Assembly (NCBI RefSeq): GCF_001194135.2
Contig: NC_068996.1
Coordinates: 18,348,021-18,412,020, forward strand
Length of the DNA: 64,000 nucleotides
Reading direction: 5' to 3'
DNA from: Octopus bimaculoides
Lineage: Eukaryota
In this document: in pieces, positions 47,970 to 59,988 of the stretch
How the letters are laid out: the number at the start of each line of letters is the position of its first letter
Position numbering within the stretch: position 1 is the first letter of the stretch
Notes under the pieces: model-generated
What the model was told of the DNA's origin: nothing
What the model saw: only the letters and a program-made list of their open reading frames with translations
The model's database searches: none
Program-made: the position numbers and the translations under genes

Positions 47970-50335
47970 GTTGCTTATGAAGACTTCAGATTGCACATGT
48001 CAAAAATGTATCAACAATACGAACGCCAGAGAGTTGAAAACATAGTTGACCCACACGAACGAAAACAACATCCAATTAGCACCATCTCTGGCATTTCGGA
48101 TGCCGCAGAGAATTATGAGTCTGTGCCACAGTGTTCGGTGAAAATATCTGAAATTCCTGCAAAACCTGACCAAGAACCTATGAAATCTTTGGAATTTGAC
48201 CAGAAAGCAAAAATCGGTAAATTTCCTGATAAACGAAGGGAAAGTGTTGAGAAAGGTGAAGCTGAGTTGGATGTATCAGAAAAATGTGACAAAGATAAAG
48301 AGACAAACAATGCTGAGATAACAGAAAATCAGACAGAATCTCCTGTGAAGGAATTCATTGAGGGTGTTGATTCTGGGGAGAAAAAGCACCAAGAAAATGA
48401 ACACATGAAAGATGTAGATGAACCAAAATATGAAGATTATAAAAGTAATCAACTCGAGAAAGAGGTTGATGAATCCAAAAAATATGAGGAATTTAAAAGC
48501 ATCAAAGAAATAATTAATACAGTGAAAAATGATGTTTATCTGGAATCGGATGATAATAAAAATGATGGCAGAGACCAGCAATTGGCTGGAGATTCTGGTA
48601 AAGAGAAAGCAGAAGATGATGGTATTGAAACTGAAAAAGACAAAGAGGAAACTGATGGGCAAGAATTAAAAGATAAGCAAGATGGTGATGATGATGTTGG
48701 TGATGACATTAATGTAAAAGGAGAGAAAGAAAGTGAAAAGATAGGTGAACTGGGTGATGGTGTAAAGGAACTAAGTGTTGAAGAGGATGGGAAGGAAAAA
48801 GAAGCTTATGAAAAGAGTACTGATGATGTGGATGATGATGTTGATGATGGTGTTGTTGCTTCGAAGAAGGAATCATGTGAAGGAGAAGGAGATGAAATAA
48901 TTAAAGAGCACAAAGATGTGGTCGAGACTGGAGAGGGACAAGATGAAGGAGACGACAAAATTAAAGGAGAAGGAGATGACAAAGAAGAGAAAGAAGTGGA
49001 AGAAGAAGAAACGAGAAGTGAAAGAGCAGATGGAAGCGCAAGTGCTGATGAAATACAGGGAGAAGACAGTGAAAAAGTCACAAAAACTGAAGAAGAAGAA
49101 GAAAAAGAAGAAAGTCATAAAACAGCTAGTAATGAAGCTAAAGAAGATATCGATGATGAGGTTAAAACGAATGAAAAAGTGTCATCGGAAGATGAATGTA
49201 ACAAGAATGAGCAAGATGTCAGTGATAAGAATGAAAAAGATGCCAGTGATAAGAATGAAAAAGATGCCAGTGATAAGAATGAAAAAGATGCTAATTGTAA
49301 TGACGGGCGAGGTGACGAGCCTGTCAGTTCAAAAACTGTATCTGAAAGCAAGAGTGATACAGAAACTTCATCTGAGTTGGATGTCAAACAACATGAAGTA
49401 AACAGTGGTGAGGTTGACAAGAGTAATGACAAAGATAAAGACACACAAGAAACTGATGAAAGTAAAGATTTTCAAGATGACCAGAATGAAATTGTTGAGG
49501 TTGGAGATTCACCTGCACAGGGTGAAGGGAATATAGAAAGCATGGCTATTAACGAGGGTGCTGGTTATGATGAAGGCAAAGATTCAGTTCCGTATGTATG
49601 TGGAGAAGATCAAGGTGTTTATCCACCTGGACTTGGGTATGAAACTCAAGCCGGACCAACAGGTTATTTCACTCGAGATGGTGAAATGATTTATTTAAAT
49701 CACACTGAAACTGGTGAAATGATTTACCAGACGGAAGATGGACGCATGGTATATCAGTACCCGACGGATGATGGCCGAATTATCTATCACACCGGTGATG
49801 CGGATGCTAAATACGAGGCAGGGAATGTAACAGTTGCTGAAGAAGATACCAGCAAACCTGTTTATAATATTGATGCTGATAGTACCTCAGCCCCTGAAGA
49901 AATAACCAACACCACCGCACAACATCCTGACAGTGAAATCCAACCAAATGATAAAGAAAATAAACATTTATATCCTATGGCCTTATCAGAATCTTCTTCT
50001 AGTACTTCAGATGTAAAATCTACTAAATTACCAGCTACAACAACAGCATCAATGCCCGCAACAGCTACAACAACATCTTATCCCATCGATGAACTCAATG
50101 ATAATCAAGACTATCCAACAGACAGTAGTTTACCCTCAGGAGCTAAACCTCGTACCACTTCATCTGGGTCATCCCGGAGAAGTAGCCATGGAACAACTGG
50201 AAGTCGACACCTCTTCAGCCCTGGACCAAGAGCACCACCTTTCAGAATTCCTGAATTCCGATGGTCCTACTTACATCAGAAACTGCTCTCTGATCTTTTA
50301 TTTTCTATTGAGACCGACATTCAAGTCTGGAAAAG
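47970..50335 (+). CDS. NBEA: Neurobeachin exon 23: giant 2366-nt exon encoding an acidic, probably disordered region (phase 0-2)
   Basis: tttttag|GTT..AG|gtatgg; 788 stop-free codons. The ends are family-like ([26 protein letters not shown]; [31 protein letters not shown]) and the middle is E/D/K-rich. Matches ORF 47991..50429. Confidence 0.93.
49203..49298 (+). repeat. Coding 24-bp tandem repeat x4 (KNEKDASD)
   Basis: AAGAATGAAAAAGATGCCAGTGAT is identical at 49227 and 49251 and diverged at 49203 and 49275. Confidence 0.92.
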
Positions 50336-50531
50336 GTATGGTGCTATTAAATTTACTCTTCATCTTTTAACATTTATGTTTTACTTGTTTCAGTCAAAGG
50401 ATTATGGCTATACCCAGGCACTACTTTGAAGGGGCCTTAGTACACTTGCATTTACTCATCCATTGTTTCGATTTCTTTATCCCTATTTGCACTTATATTC
50501 ACTTTGTACCTCAATGTCACACCAAAGCCAT

Positions 50532-50560
50532 ATCTCTCTCTCTTTCTCTGTCTGTCTGTC

Positions 50561-50593
<33 letters not shown>

Positions 50594-50718
50594 ATCTTTC
50601 TCTCTGTCTTTCTGTCTCTCTCTCTTTCTCTCTGTCTGTCTCTCTCTCTCTGTCTCTCTCTCTCTGTCTCTCTCTCTGTCTCTCTCTCTTTCTCTCTGTC
50701 TGTCTGTCTGTCTCTCTC
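50532..50718. repeat. Compound (CT)n/(CTGT)n tract
   Basis: Pyrimidine-rich compound microsatellite about 200 nt downstream of the giant exon. Confidence 0.9.
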
Positions 50719-51941
50719 TGGGAAACCATGTATCTCCTCTTCAGCAATATACCTTTTACCTGTCCTTCTATCATACTTTCACCTCTTCCAATATACTCTC
50801 CTTAAAGGTGGTGAATTGGCAGAGTTGTTACTGTGCTAGGCAAAATACTTAGCAGTATTTCGTTCATCTTTACATTCTGAGTTCAAATTCCACCAAAGTC
50901 AACTTCACCTTTCGTCCTTTCAAGGTTGAAAGAAATAAGTACCAACTGAACACTAGCATTGATTTAATCGACTTATGCCCTTCTCTAAAATTGCTGGCTT
51001 TGCATCAAAATTTGAAACCAATATTATATTCCACTCAGAAGCATCTCTAGATTTGCAAGTACTTAGTGATCTCACTACTGCTGGTTTCCTGACTCTGTAC
51101 CTTTTCTCTTTTGTACTCTGTACTCCCCTCCTTGTATCCTAACACTTCATCTCTACTACCATGTATTTCCTCTATTGACACTTGTACCACTATCATACAT
51201 TAGCTTCTCAGCACTTGGTATAAAACCATATCCCTCAATACTACATCACCCCATGTGGGATGGCACTTTGTAAGTTAGTAGGTGATCTCTCTGTGCCAGT
51301 GCCACATTAAAAAGCACTCAATACAAAATAATTAGCATCATGAAGGGCAACCTGTTGTAGGAAGTAGACATTGGAGCTTAATGTAGTCCACCATCATAGT
51401 TTCTGTTGAATCATCCAGCTCATGTTAGCAAAGAATATGGGTGGTGATGGTGATGATGATGAGCTTCTTTCAGTGTCCTTTCACCAAACCCACTTACTAG
51501 TTATATGTGATAGTAGAAGGCACTTGCCCAGAGCACCACACAGTGGGACCGAACCCACAACTATGTGGTTGAGAAGCAAACTTCTTACCGCTCTGTCATG
51601 CCTGCACCTAACACATAAGCAGTGTCATTTATTTCCAGTATTCTGTTGGACCAGAATATCTGGCCATGTGAAAATATTACCTTATTTGGAAATAGATGAG
51701 TATTGATAACAAGAAGGGCATGCAGCTGAAGAAAATCTGCCTCAATAAACTCTATTTGATCCATACATACATAGAAAAATAGACAGTGATGATGATGATG
51801 ACATTTGTGAAATTGGATATTTTAACACATAACTCAATTTACATTTAGTTGGGGTCAGCGTGTGTTTAGTAATGGCCCTTAATTTTCATGCTGCATTATG
51901 GACGATTTGTGCTCTTAAACATCTTGCTGTCATTGTAAATA

Positions 51942-53220
51942 TATTGAGTCATCCCATAAATAATGCAGTTTTTTTAATTGCATGAACTAAAAGTTGGAGG
52001 GGACGGGATAAACTACCTGCATCAACTTCCTATAAAAGCAGGTTGTAATTTTACCTTGCACTTATTCTTAGTGCAAGGTTTGAAGAGTGCAGTTCAATTT
52101 TAATAGTTACTTTTTCAAAGCTGTAATGGGAGTGACAAAGGAGCATATTCAGCATATTTTGCTTTATAATTTCATTAAACGCAACAGTGCATTGGAAAGC
52201 GCAAGGAATATTAATGCAGTATTTGGGGATTGGACAATAGGCATAAGCCAGTATCAATGGTAATTCCAGAAATTCTGATCCGGAAACTACAGCCTAGAAG
52301 ACAAGCCTCGTCCTGGAAGATCTGTAGAGCTTGACAAGGATGTCCTGCCTAACATGGTGGAACAAAATCCCATCGTAACTATTGAGGAAGTAGCAGAGAA
52401 GCTTGGATTTGGTCACTCAGCTATTCATCGACACCTGCATGGAAAAGTTAGTAAATTGGGTCAATAGGTTTCTCATAAACATTCCAGGTCTAATTGCACA
52501 CAGAGAATGAATGTGTGCTCTTCTTTGCTGACACATCTCACAAATGAACCTTTTTTGGACCAAATGTTGACTAGTGATGAGAAATGGGTTCTCTGTAAAT
52601 GTCAAATTAAAAGATAGTGAGTAGTGAAAGGAGAAACATTAGCATCCCAGGCTAAAGAAGGTCTTCACCCACGTAAGGTGTTGTTATCTGTTTGATGGGA
52701 TATGAAAGTTTTAGTCTACTTTGAAGTTTTAAACCCAAACCAAATGATAACAAAGGAGATATTCTGAGAGCAGCTTGAGTGGCTTAAGTCAGCGCTAGAA
52801 GGAAAACAACCATCTTTGATTTCAAAACAAAAGGTGTTCTTCCATCAGAATAATGCTTGACCACATACAACAAGGACAACATTCCAAAAGCTAGAGCAGT
52901 TTGAATGGGAAATGATGCCCCAGCCACCATATTCACTGGACATTGCCCCATCTGATTATCATTTATTTTGCAGTCTTCATAATCATTTGGATAGAAAAAA
53001 TATAAATTCTGTAGACGAGGTCAGAACAGTACTGGAGGAGTAATTTTCATCATGGACAAGTGAATTTTGGAAGAGGGGCCTTGCAAGTCTACCAGATAGA
53101 TGGAAGAGCATTGTAAAAAATGGAGAGTATATTTTAGATTAAAAAAGAACTTTGTTTATCTTAATTTTGAAAAATAAAAGAAGTATAAAAAAACTGCATT
53201 ATCTATGGGATGACCCAATA
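51942..53220 (+). mobile_element. Full-length mariner (DD34D) DNA transposon, inactive
   Basis: TIRs TATTGAGTCATCCCATAAATAATGCAGTTTTTT (from 51942) and AAAAAACTGCATTATCTATGGGATGACCCAATA (to 53220), 2 mismatches. TA dinucleotides at both ends; ~1.28 kb. Confidence 0.95.
52126..53142 (+). pseudogene. Mariner transposase pseudogene (339 codons, 9 in-frame stops, no frameshift)
   Basis: MGVTKEHIQHILLY..LEDKPRPGR..TSDEKW..HPRKVLLSV*WD..FHQNNA*PH..PYSLDIAPSDYHLF..GEYILD*. The second catalytic D is now N, and 34 residues separate it from the third D. Confidence 0.93.
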
Positions 53221-53645
53221 CTTCCCTGTTAACATCCAGGCCTTTCACTCCTATGTAACATCAAAGACTCATCATTGTCATCATTTTAATGTTCACTTTC
53301 CATGCTTGAATAAGTGACACAGAATCTGTTGAGGCAGATTTTTTATGGCCTGATATTCTCCTGTCATCAATGTTCATCTGCTTCTAAGCAAGGTAATATT
53401 TCCTTATAACCAAACATTTTTTTATGGAAGACTGGAAATAAACAAAATGCTTATTTGCAGCCATTGCATAAGGGTACACACATCTCTCTCTCTCTCTCTC
53501 TCTCTCATACTCTCTCTCTCATACTCTCTCTCTCATACTCTCTCATTCTCTCTCTCCCTTTTCCTCTCACATACACATTCATGTAGAACTGGAAAGACAT
53601 ATAGAGAAGAGAATTAACCAACTTATTGTATGTTGTTTATTTCAG

Positions 53646-53799
53646 CCATAGCACACGAGCTGTCGTTGATTTTGTCAACTCTGGAGAGAACCACATATAT
53701 ATAGTAAATGTGACACACATGATCTCACAACTTGCTGATAACCTGATAATGTCATGTGGAGGACTTTTGCCTCTCTTAGCAGCAGCAACTTCACCAAAT
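53646..53799 (+). CDS. NBEA: Neurobeachin exon 24 (154 nt, phase 2-0)
   Basis: ttttcag|C..AAT|gtatgt; [52 protein letters not shown]. Confidence 0.93.
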
Positions 53800-53872
53800 G
53801 TATGTCAAAATGATTTTTCTTTTTCTTTTGCTATTTTGTCTCTATATCTGTTTTTTAAGTGCAACAAATATG

Positions 53873-53908
<36 letters not shown>

Positions 53909-54120
53909 GCAGACATGCATACACACATACATACACACAAACACACATGCACATACACGTATACACATGCATATGCACGTGTGTGTATGTGTGTGTATAA
54001 ATATATTAAATTTTAAGTATATAATTATATTCTTAAAAATTGATTTTACCGATATGGTCATTGTTTTTATATGCTAGCCACTGATATAATCATTTTAATG
54101 ATTATATCCTCAATTTATAA

Positions 54121-54121
<1 letters not shown>

Positions 54122-54175
<54 letters not shown>
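54122..54175. repeat. (TA)n microsatellite (many more TA/TG/GAT runs throughout)
   Basis: Pure TA run. Confidence 0.95.
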
Positions 54176-54181
<6 letters not shown>

Positions 54182-55305
54182 TACAACCTACCTGTCCACC
54201 CAGCCATCTTTGATTCTCTGTCCCTACTCTCTCTTTATCCATCTTCTTGTACTCTGAGAGTACATCCTGACTCCTCGCTACCGTCATCCTTTCTTCCTGC
54301 AGTAGCCATGCATCTCTACTATAGCAAGATACCTATTTCTGTCCCCCCATCATGTTTTAACCTCTCAACATTTGGCATAATGCTACCTCCTTCGTTTCTG
54401 CACCTTACTTTATCAAGGGGTCTTGTTTTGCAACTTACTTGGTAAGCTTACTAGTGCTGGCACCATGTAAATAGTCTTCAGTACACTCTTTTAAGTGACA
54501 TTAGGAATGGCATCCAGCCATGTAAACTTTGTGAAAGCAGATATTGCAGCCCTCTGGCTAGTTGGACCCTATCAAACCATTCAACCCATGCTGGCCTGGA
54601 ATATGAACATTAAATGATGATGATGATGATATGTATGTATACATGTGTGTATAATTGTGTCTCCTTGTCTTGACATTGCATGATAGTTGTATAAGTGTCA
54701 TAGAAGCAGTGTCATTCATTTCCACTATTTTGTGAAAACATGTCTAGCCATGCAGTTATATTAACATGCTTAGAGAAAGGTAAAGATAGGTGACAGGAAG
54801 GGCAAACTGACTGTTGAAAATCTGCCTCAATAAATTCAATCCAACCCCTGCAAATGTAGAGAAGTGGACAAATGATGATGATGATAATGATCTGTGCTAT
54901 AAATTATCCTTCTCCTTGGAACCGATTTCTTTTGTCATCCTTCTTACATTCTCAGCATTATTCCTTACCTCTTGTCCATTGGCTGCCCCTTTCTTCTGAA
55001 CACTCTCTCATATCTGCCTTTGGCTGCCCCATTCCATCACATGAAATTTTGTACAATACATTATTTTAGGCATAAATGGCTATTTACATTAAAACAAACA
55101 AGCAAAAAAAAAACTAAGTTTTTTTTTTTTTTGCAATATTGCAAAAGTTTACAATAATCTGATCACAAGAAAAGATACTGTAAACATTTGATTAACAAAT
55201 CCATTTTTAGGGTCTATCATTTACATTTAAAAAAATAACAGCTTGTATAAATTTGTATTGATTGTTTTTTGCTTTTATTTTTAACTATGTAATTTATATT
55301 TCTAG

Positions 55306-55486
55306 GGAGAACTGGATATTCTTGAACCAAACCAAGGCTTAAGTATCGAGCAGGCTGTTTCCATTCTACAAAGAATTATGAATATGACCGACATTGTCGT
55401 TTTCACTAGCTCCACAAACTTCTCTGAACTGGAACAAGAGAAAAACATGCCACCTGGTGGAATTTTAAGACAGTGTTTACGTTTGG
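55306..55486 (+). CDS. NBEA: Neurobeachin exon 25 (181 nt, phase 0-1)
   Basis: tttctag|GGA..TTGG|gtaagt; [60 protein letters not shown]. Confidence 0.93.
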
Positions 55487-56138
55487 GTAAGTCTGCACCT
55501 CTTCTCTATTTTCCCTTCTCTCTGCAGTTAGAGACATTTCTACCCTTGTGATTTGCATTATCAGACGTTTTATTGGCAATAAACGTTTCACATTTATAAA
55601 GAAGGCAGAGATGTAGTTGTGTTATTAAGAAATTTGCTTCTTAAATACTTATTTTGGGTTTCCGTCCCATTGCATGACACCTTGGACAAGTGTCATTATT
55701 ATAGTCTCAGGCTAACCAATGATTTATGATTGGATTTGGTAGACTGGAACTGAAAGAAGTGTGTGTGTATGTGTGTCTCCCTGTCTTGACATTGGTTGAA
55801 AGTTGTAAATAAGTATTATTGTTATACAATTGTGTCATTCATTTCCCAAATACTGTGAAAATGTGTCTGGCCATGGGGAAAAATTATCTTGATTCAAAGC
55901 AGATCTGATTGTAGGTAACAGGAAGGTCATACAGTCATAGAAAGCTCACCTCTGTAAATTCTACCTGACCTATGCAATGGTGGAAAAGTGGATGTTAAAA
56001 TAATGACGATGATGATGACAGAATAACTATTTACATTTAACAAAACAGTCTTTTCTGCAATACTTCCAATTTTCACAATAATCTGGCCACAAGAAAAGAC
56101 ACTAAGCATTGCAACAAACAAATTCATTTTTAGGTATT

Positions 56139-56354
56139 CTTTTCTACTCTAGGCACAAGGCCTGAAATTTTGTGGGAGGGGTGCCAGTTGATTAGATCAA
56201 CCCCAGTATGCAACTGGTACTTAATTTATCGACCCTGAAAGGATGAAAGGCAAAGTTGACCTCGGAAGAATTTGAACTCAGAACATAAAGACAGACGATA
56301 ATACCACTAAGCATTTCGCCCAGCATACTAACGTTTCTGCCAGCTTGCTGTCTT
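56139..56354 (-). mobile_element. SINE family M (possibly MetaSINE-like central domain), complete copy with TSD
   Basis: GGTCAACTTTGCCTTTCATCCTTTCAGGGTCGATAAATTAAGTACCAG core on the - strand. 16-bp TSD TTCATTTTTAGGTATT at 56123-56138 and 56355-56370. Confidence 0.85.
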
Positions 56355-56495
56355 TTCATTTTTAGGTATTTTCTGCATAATTAACAAAGGACTGGAATTT
56401 TTGCTTAGATGCCTAAGAAGTTAAGACTTAAGAAAAAGAGAATTTGAACTCTGCTTGTATCGTGTAATAATACTTTGTTTTTCTTCTCTTTCTAG

Positions 56496-56668
56496 TATGC
56501 ACTGCTACAGTAAGAAATTGCCTTGAATGCAAACATCGCTATACTCCAAAGACACCTGTGACAGATCCATCTCCAACACAACCATCTCAATGGCAAAACG
56601 CAAAGTCAACAAATGGTAGCATTGATCCCATACAATCACTAATAGGTGGATCCCACCCTTCTCCAAAG
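56496..56668 (+). CDS. NBEA: Neurobeachin exon 26 (173 nt, phase 1-0)
   Basis: tttctag|TA..AAG|gtgaac; VCTATVRNCLECKHRYTPKTPVTDPSPTQPSQWQNAKSTNGSIDPIQSLIGGSHPSPK. Confidence 0.9.
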
Positions 56669-57062
56669 GTGAACTTGAATTTTTATATATATATATGAGA
56701 AGTTGAGCAGAAGATACTACGGTGGGGCTTCAAAGCTGCTGGTATAATCACACTTGAAGCTCAAGAGTACCAGTGAATTTGAATCATACTATTTTGATCC
56801 ATAGTGTGGCATTATTCTGTAGTAATGCCCTTATATAAATATAATATATATATATTTGTATATTATATATACACTGCATAAGTGAAAATGTGGTAGTATG
56901 GTTAAGAAGCTTCTTTCCCAATCATTTGGTTCCAGGTTCAGTCTCACTGCTTGGCACTTTGGGCCAAATGTCTTTTACTATAGCCTTGTTAGATGGAAAC
57001 TGGGATAAGCTTGTTACATGCATGTGTGTGTGTTTTTGTATATATGTGTATATGTGTACATA

Positions 57063-57100
<38 letters not shown>

Positions 57101-57483
57101 CCAAATAAATGAGTAATAAGATTAACAATGACAGACAAAAAGAGGGTATGCACAGATGCTCAATAAAAAAAAAAGAGAGGTTTTCATGTTTCAAGTATGG
57201 CTTTTTATGGGAAAGGAGAAAGGGAAAAGTCCAAAGAAGAAAAATCACCAACATGTATAATCTGTATATATGCATGTGTACATCCTTGTTTTGACATCAT
57301 GTGATGGTAGTGAACATGTATCATGGTCATACAAGCAGCATTCTTTGTTGCCAATATTCCTTAAAATCATATCCAGCTGTGGGTCAGTATTATATTGCTT
57401 GAAAACATGACGGTTGATTTAGGGCATAGGGCATCCAGATGTAGAAAATTTACCTCAATAAACTCTTATCTATGCAAGCATGG

Positions 57484-57880
57484 TGGAGGCGCAATGGCCC
57501 AGTGGTTAGGGCAGCGGACTCGCAGTCATAGGATCGCAGTTTCGATTCCCAGACCGGGCGTTGTGAGTGTTTATTGAACGAAAACACCTAAAGCTCCACG
57601 AGGCTCCAGCAGGGGATGGTGGTGAGCCCTGCTGTACTCTTTCACCACAACTTTCTCTCACTCTTACTTCCTGTTTCTGTTGTGCCTGTAATTCAAAGGG
57701 TCAGCCTTGTCACACTCTGTATAACGCTGAATCTCCCCGAGAACTACGTTAAGGGTACACGTGTCTGTGGAGTGCTCAGCCACTTGCACGTTAATTTCAC
57801 GAGCAAGCTGTTCCGTTGATTGGATCAACTGGAACCCTTGACGTCGTAAGCGACGGAGTGCCAACAACAACAACAACAAC
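57484..57880 (+). mobile_element. tRNA-derived SINE family T
   Basis: Perfect 12-bp TSD ATGCAAGCATGG at 57472-57483 and 57881-57892; (CAA)6 tail. Confidence 0.9.
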
Positions 57881-57988
57881 ATGCAAGCATGGAAACAATG
57901 ATGAACATTAAACAATTTAAGATGATGACCATAATCATCAGTTAACGTTCTCTTTCCTTGCTGGCATGTGTTGAATGGTTTTACAGGA

Positions 57989-59153
57989 TGTGGCAGATGT
58001 TCAGGTGCAATAAAGACTGCAAACAAACAGGAAACAACTTCTATCTCATTCCAGGGTGAAAAACTAGAGGTAGTCGATAGCTTCCGCTATCTGGGCGACC
58101 AAGTTAGTAGTGGGGGTGGGTGCACTGAAAGTGTAGCTGCTAGAATAAGAATAGCCTGGGCAAAGTTTAGAGAGCTCTTACCCCTGCTGGCGACAAAGGG
58201 ACTCTCACTCAGAGTAAAAGGCAGACTGTATGACGCATGCGTACGAACAACCATGCTACATGGCAGTGAAACATGGGCTGTAACTGCTGAGGACATACGT
58301 AAGCTCGCAAGGAATGAAGCCAGTATGCTCCGTTGGATGTGTANNNNNNNNNNNNNNNNNNNNNNNNNNNNNNNNNNNNNNNNNNNNNNNNNNNNNNNNN
58401 NNNNNNNNNNNNNNNNNNNNNNNNNNNNNNNNNNNNNNNNNNNNNNNNNNNNNNNNNNNNNNNNNNNNNNNNNNNNNNNNNNNNNNNNNNNNNNNNNNNN
58501 NNNNNNNNNNNNNNNNNNNNNNNNNNNNNNNNNNNNNNNNNNNNNNNNNNNNNNNNNNNNNNNNNNNNNNNNNNNNNNNNNNNNNNNNNNNNNNNNNNNN
58601 NNNNNNNNNNNNNNNNNNNNNNNNNNNNNNNNNNNNNNNNNNNNNNNNNNNNNNNNNNNNNNNNNNNNNNNNNNNNNNNNNNNNNNNNNNNNNNNNNNNN
58701 NNNNNNNNNNNNNNNNNNNNNNNNNNNNNNNNNNNNNNNNNNNNNNNNNNNNNNNNNNNNNNNNNNNNNNNNNNNNNNNNNNNNNNNNNNNNNNNNNNNN
58801 NNNNNNNNNNNNNNNNNNNNNNNNNNNNNNNNNNNNNNNNNNNNNNNNNNNNNNNNNNNNNNNNNNNNNNNNNNNNNNNNNNNNNNNNNNNNNNNNNNNN
58901 NNNNNNNNNNNNNNNNNNNNNNNNNNNNNNNNNNNNNNNGACACCATTTCGAGCGTGGCCGTTTTCGTGCGGGTGACACGTAAAAGCACCCACTACACTC
59001 TCTGAGTGGTTGGCGTTAGGAAGGGCATCCAGCTGTAGAAACTCTGCCAAATCAGACTGGAGCCTGGTGTTGCCATCCGGTTTCACCAGTCCTCAGTCAA
59101 ATCGTCCAACCCATGCTAGCATGGAAAGCGGACGTTAAACGATGATGATGATG
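57989..59153 (+). mobile_element. RTE-clade LINE 3' fragment spanning the N gap 58344-58939
   Basis: CGRCSG..EKLEVVDSFRYLGDQ..KGRLYDACVRTTMLHGSETW..MLRWMC. After the gap comes the same 3'UTR and a (GAT)n tail. Confidence 0.9.
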
Positions 59154-59880
59154 AAGCCACAGAGCTGTGTCATGCCTTAATGTCTACATTAGCATAGTTT
59201 CTACAGCTTGATGCCCTCCCTGCTGCCATTTTGTGGTGTGCACTGGATGCATTCGTTGTGACACTGCTACTAGCAAGGTTGAAAAGAAAAGACTCCCATG
59301 ATTGATTGGGAGTGTATTTGACAGAGGTATGATAGAGGCTTTGGTTAGCCCATGGTCATAGAATGCGTTTGGCCAAGGTGTCACACAATGGGACTGAACC
59401 TGAAACCTTCTGGTTGGAAAGCAATCCTCTTAACCATACAGCCATGCTTGCACCTATAAGGGAGAATATAGAATTTGGATCTGGGAGAAAGAAAGTGTGA
59501 GTAATTTCTTGAGAGTGAGAAGAGAATGACAGAGATGGGGCTAAATGTGAATATAGTGAGTGGTGAATGAGGGTGGAGGGATGACTAATTATCTTATAAT
59601 AATTTCTGCATTGAATTAACCCTTTAGCATTTAAACCAACCATACATGGTCCAAGTATTCTACCAATTTAATTAAAACCAGACAGATCTGGCCTTTCACA
59701 CCTACATTACAATGTCATTCTAAAAGTAAACCATCACACCATTGAAATCTCAAAACTATGAGATAATGCACGATTAATTCAAAATGATGTGAATATAATA
59801 AGCATTAATTGGACAGAGTAATCTGAATGCTAAAGGATTAAATATGTTAATTAAATACTGTCTTAATTTGTTCATTACAG

Positions 59881-59988
59881 AATATTGTTGAGAATTTAGG
59901 GGGACAAACTACACCTATAAAGGATGCTGAGAAATTACTTCAAGACATGGACATCACTCGCCTCAGAGCTGTTGTATACAGAGATATG
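59881..59988 (+). CDS. NBEA: Neurobeachin exon 27 (108 nt, phase 0-0)
   Basis: attacag|AAT..ATG|gtatgt; [36 protein letters not shown]. Confidence 0.93.

Noticed and set aside
48916-49401. Overlapping K/M-rich ORF, and the antisense S/F-rich ORFs across 48113-49444
   Set aside because: These are by-products of the GAA/GAT-rich coding frame, with no splice or homology support.
50336-50429. Read-through of the giant ORF to a stop at 50429 as a terminal exon
   Set aside because: Family similarity ends at the GT donor at 50336 and resumes in phase at 53646. A truncated isoform cannot be excluded but has no support.
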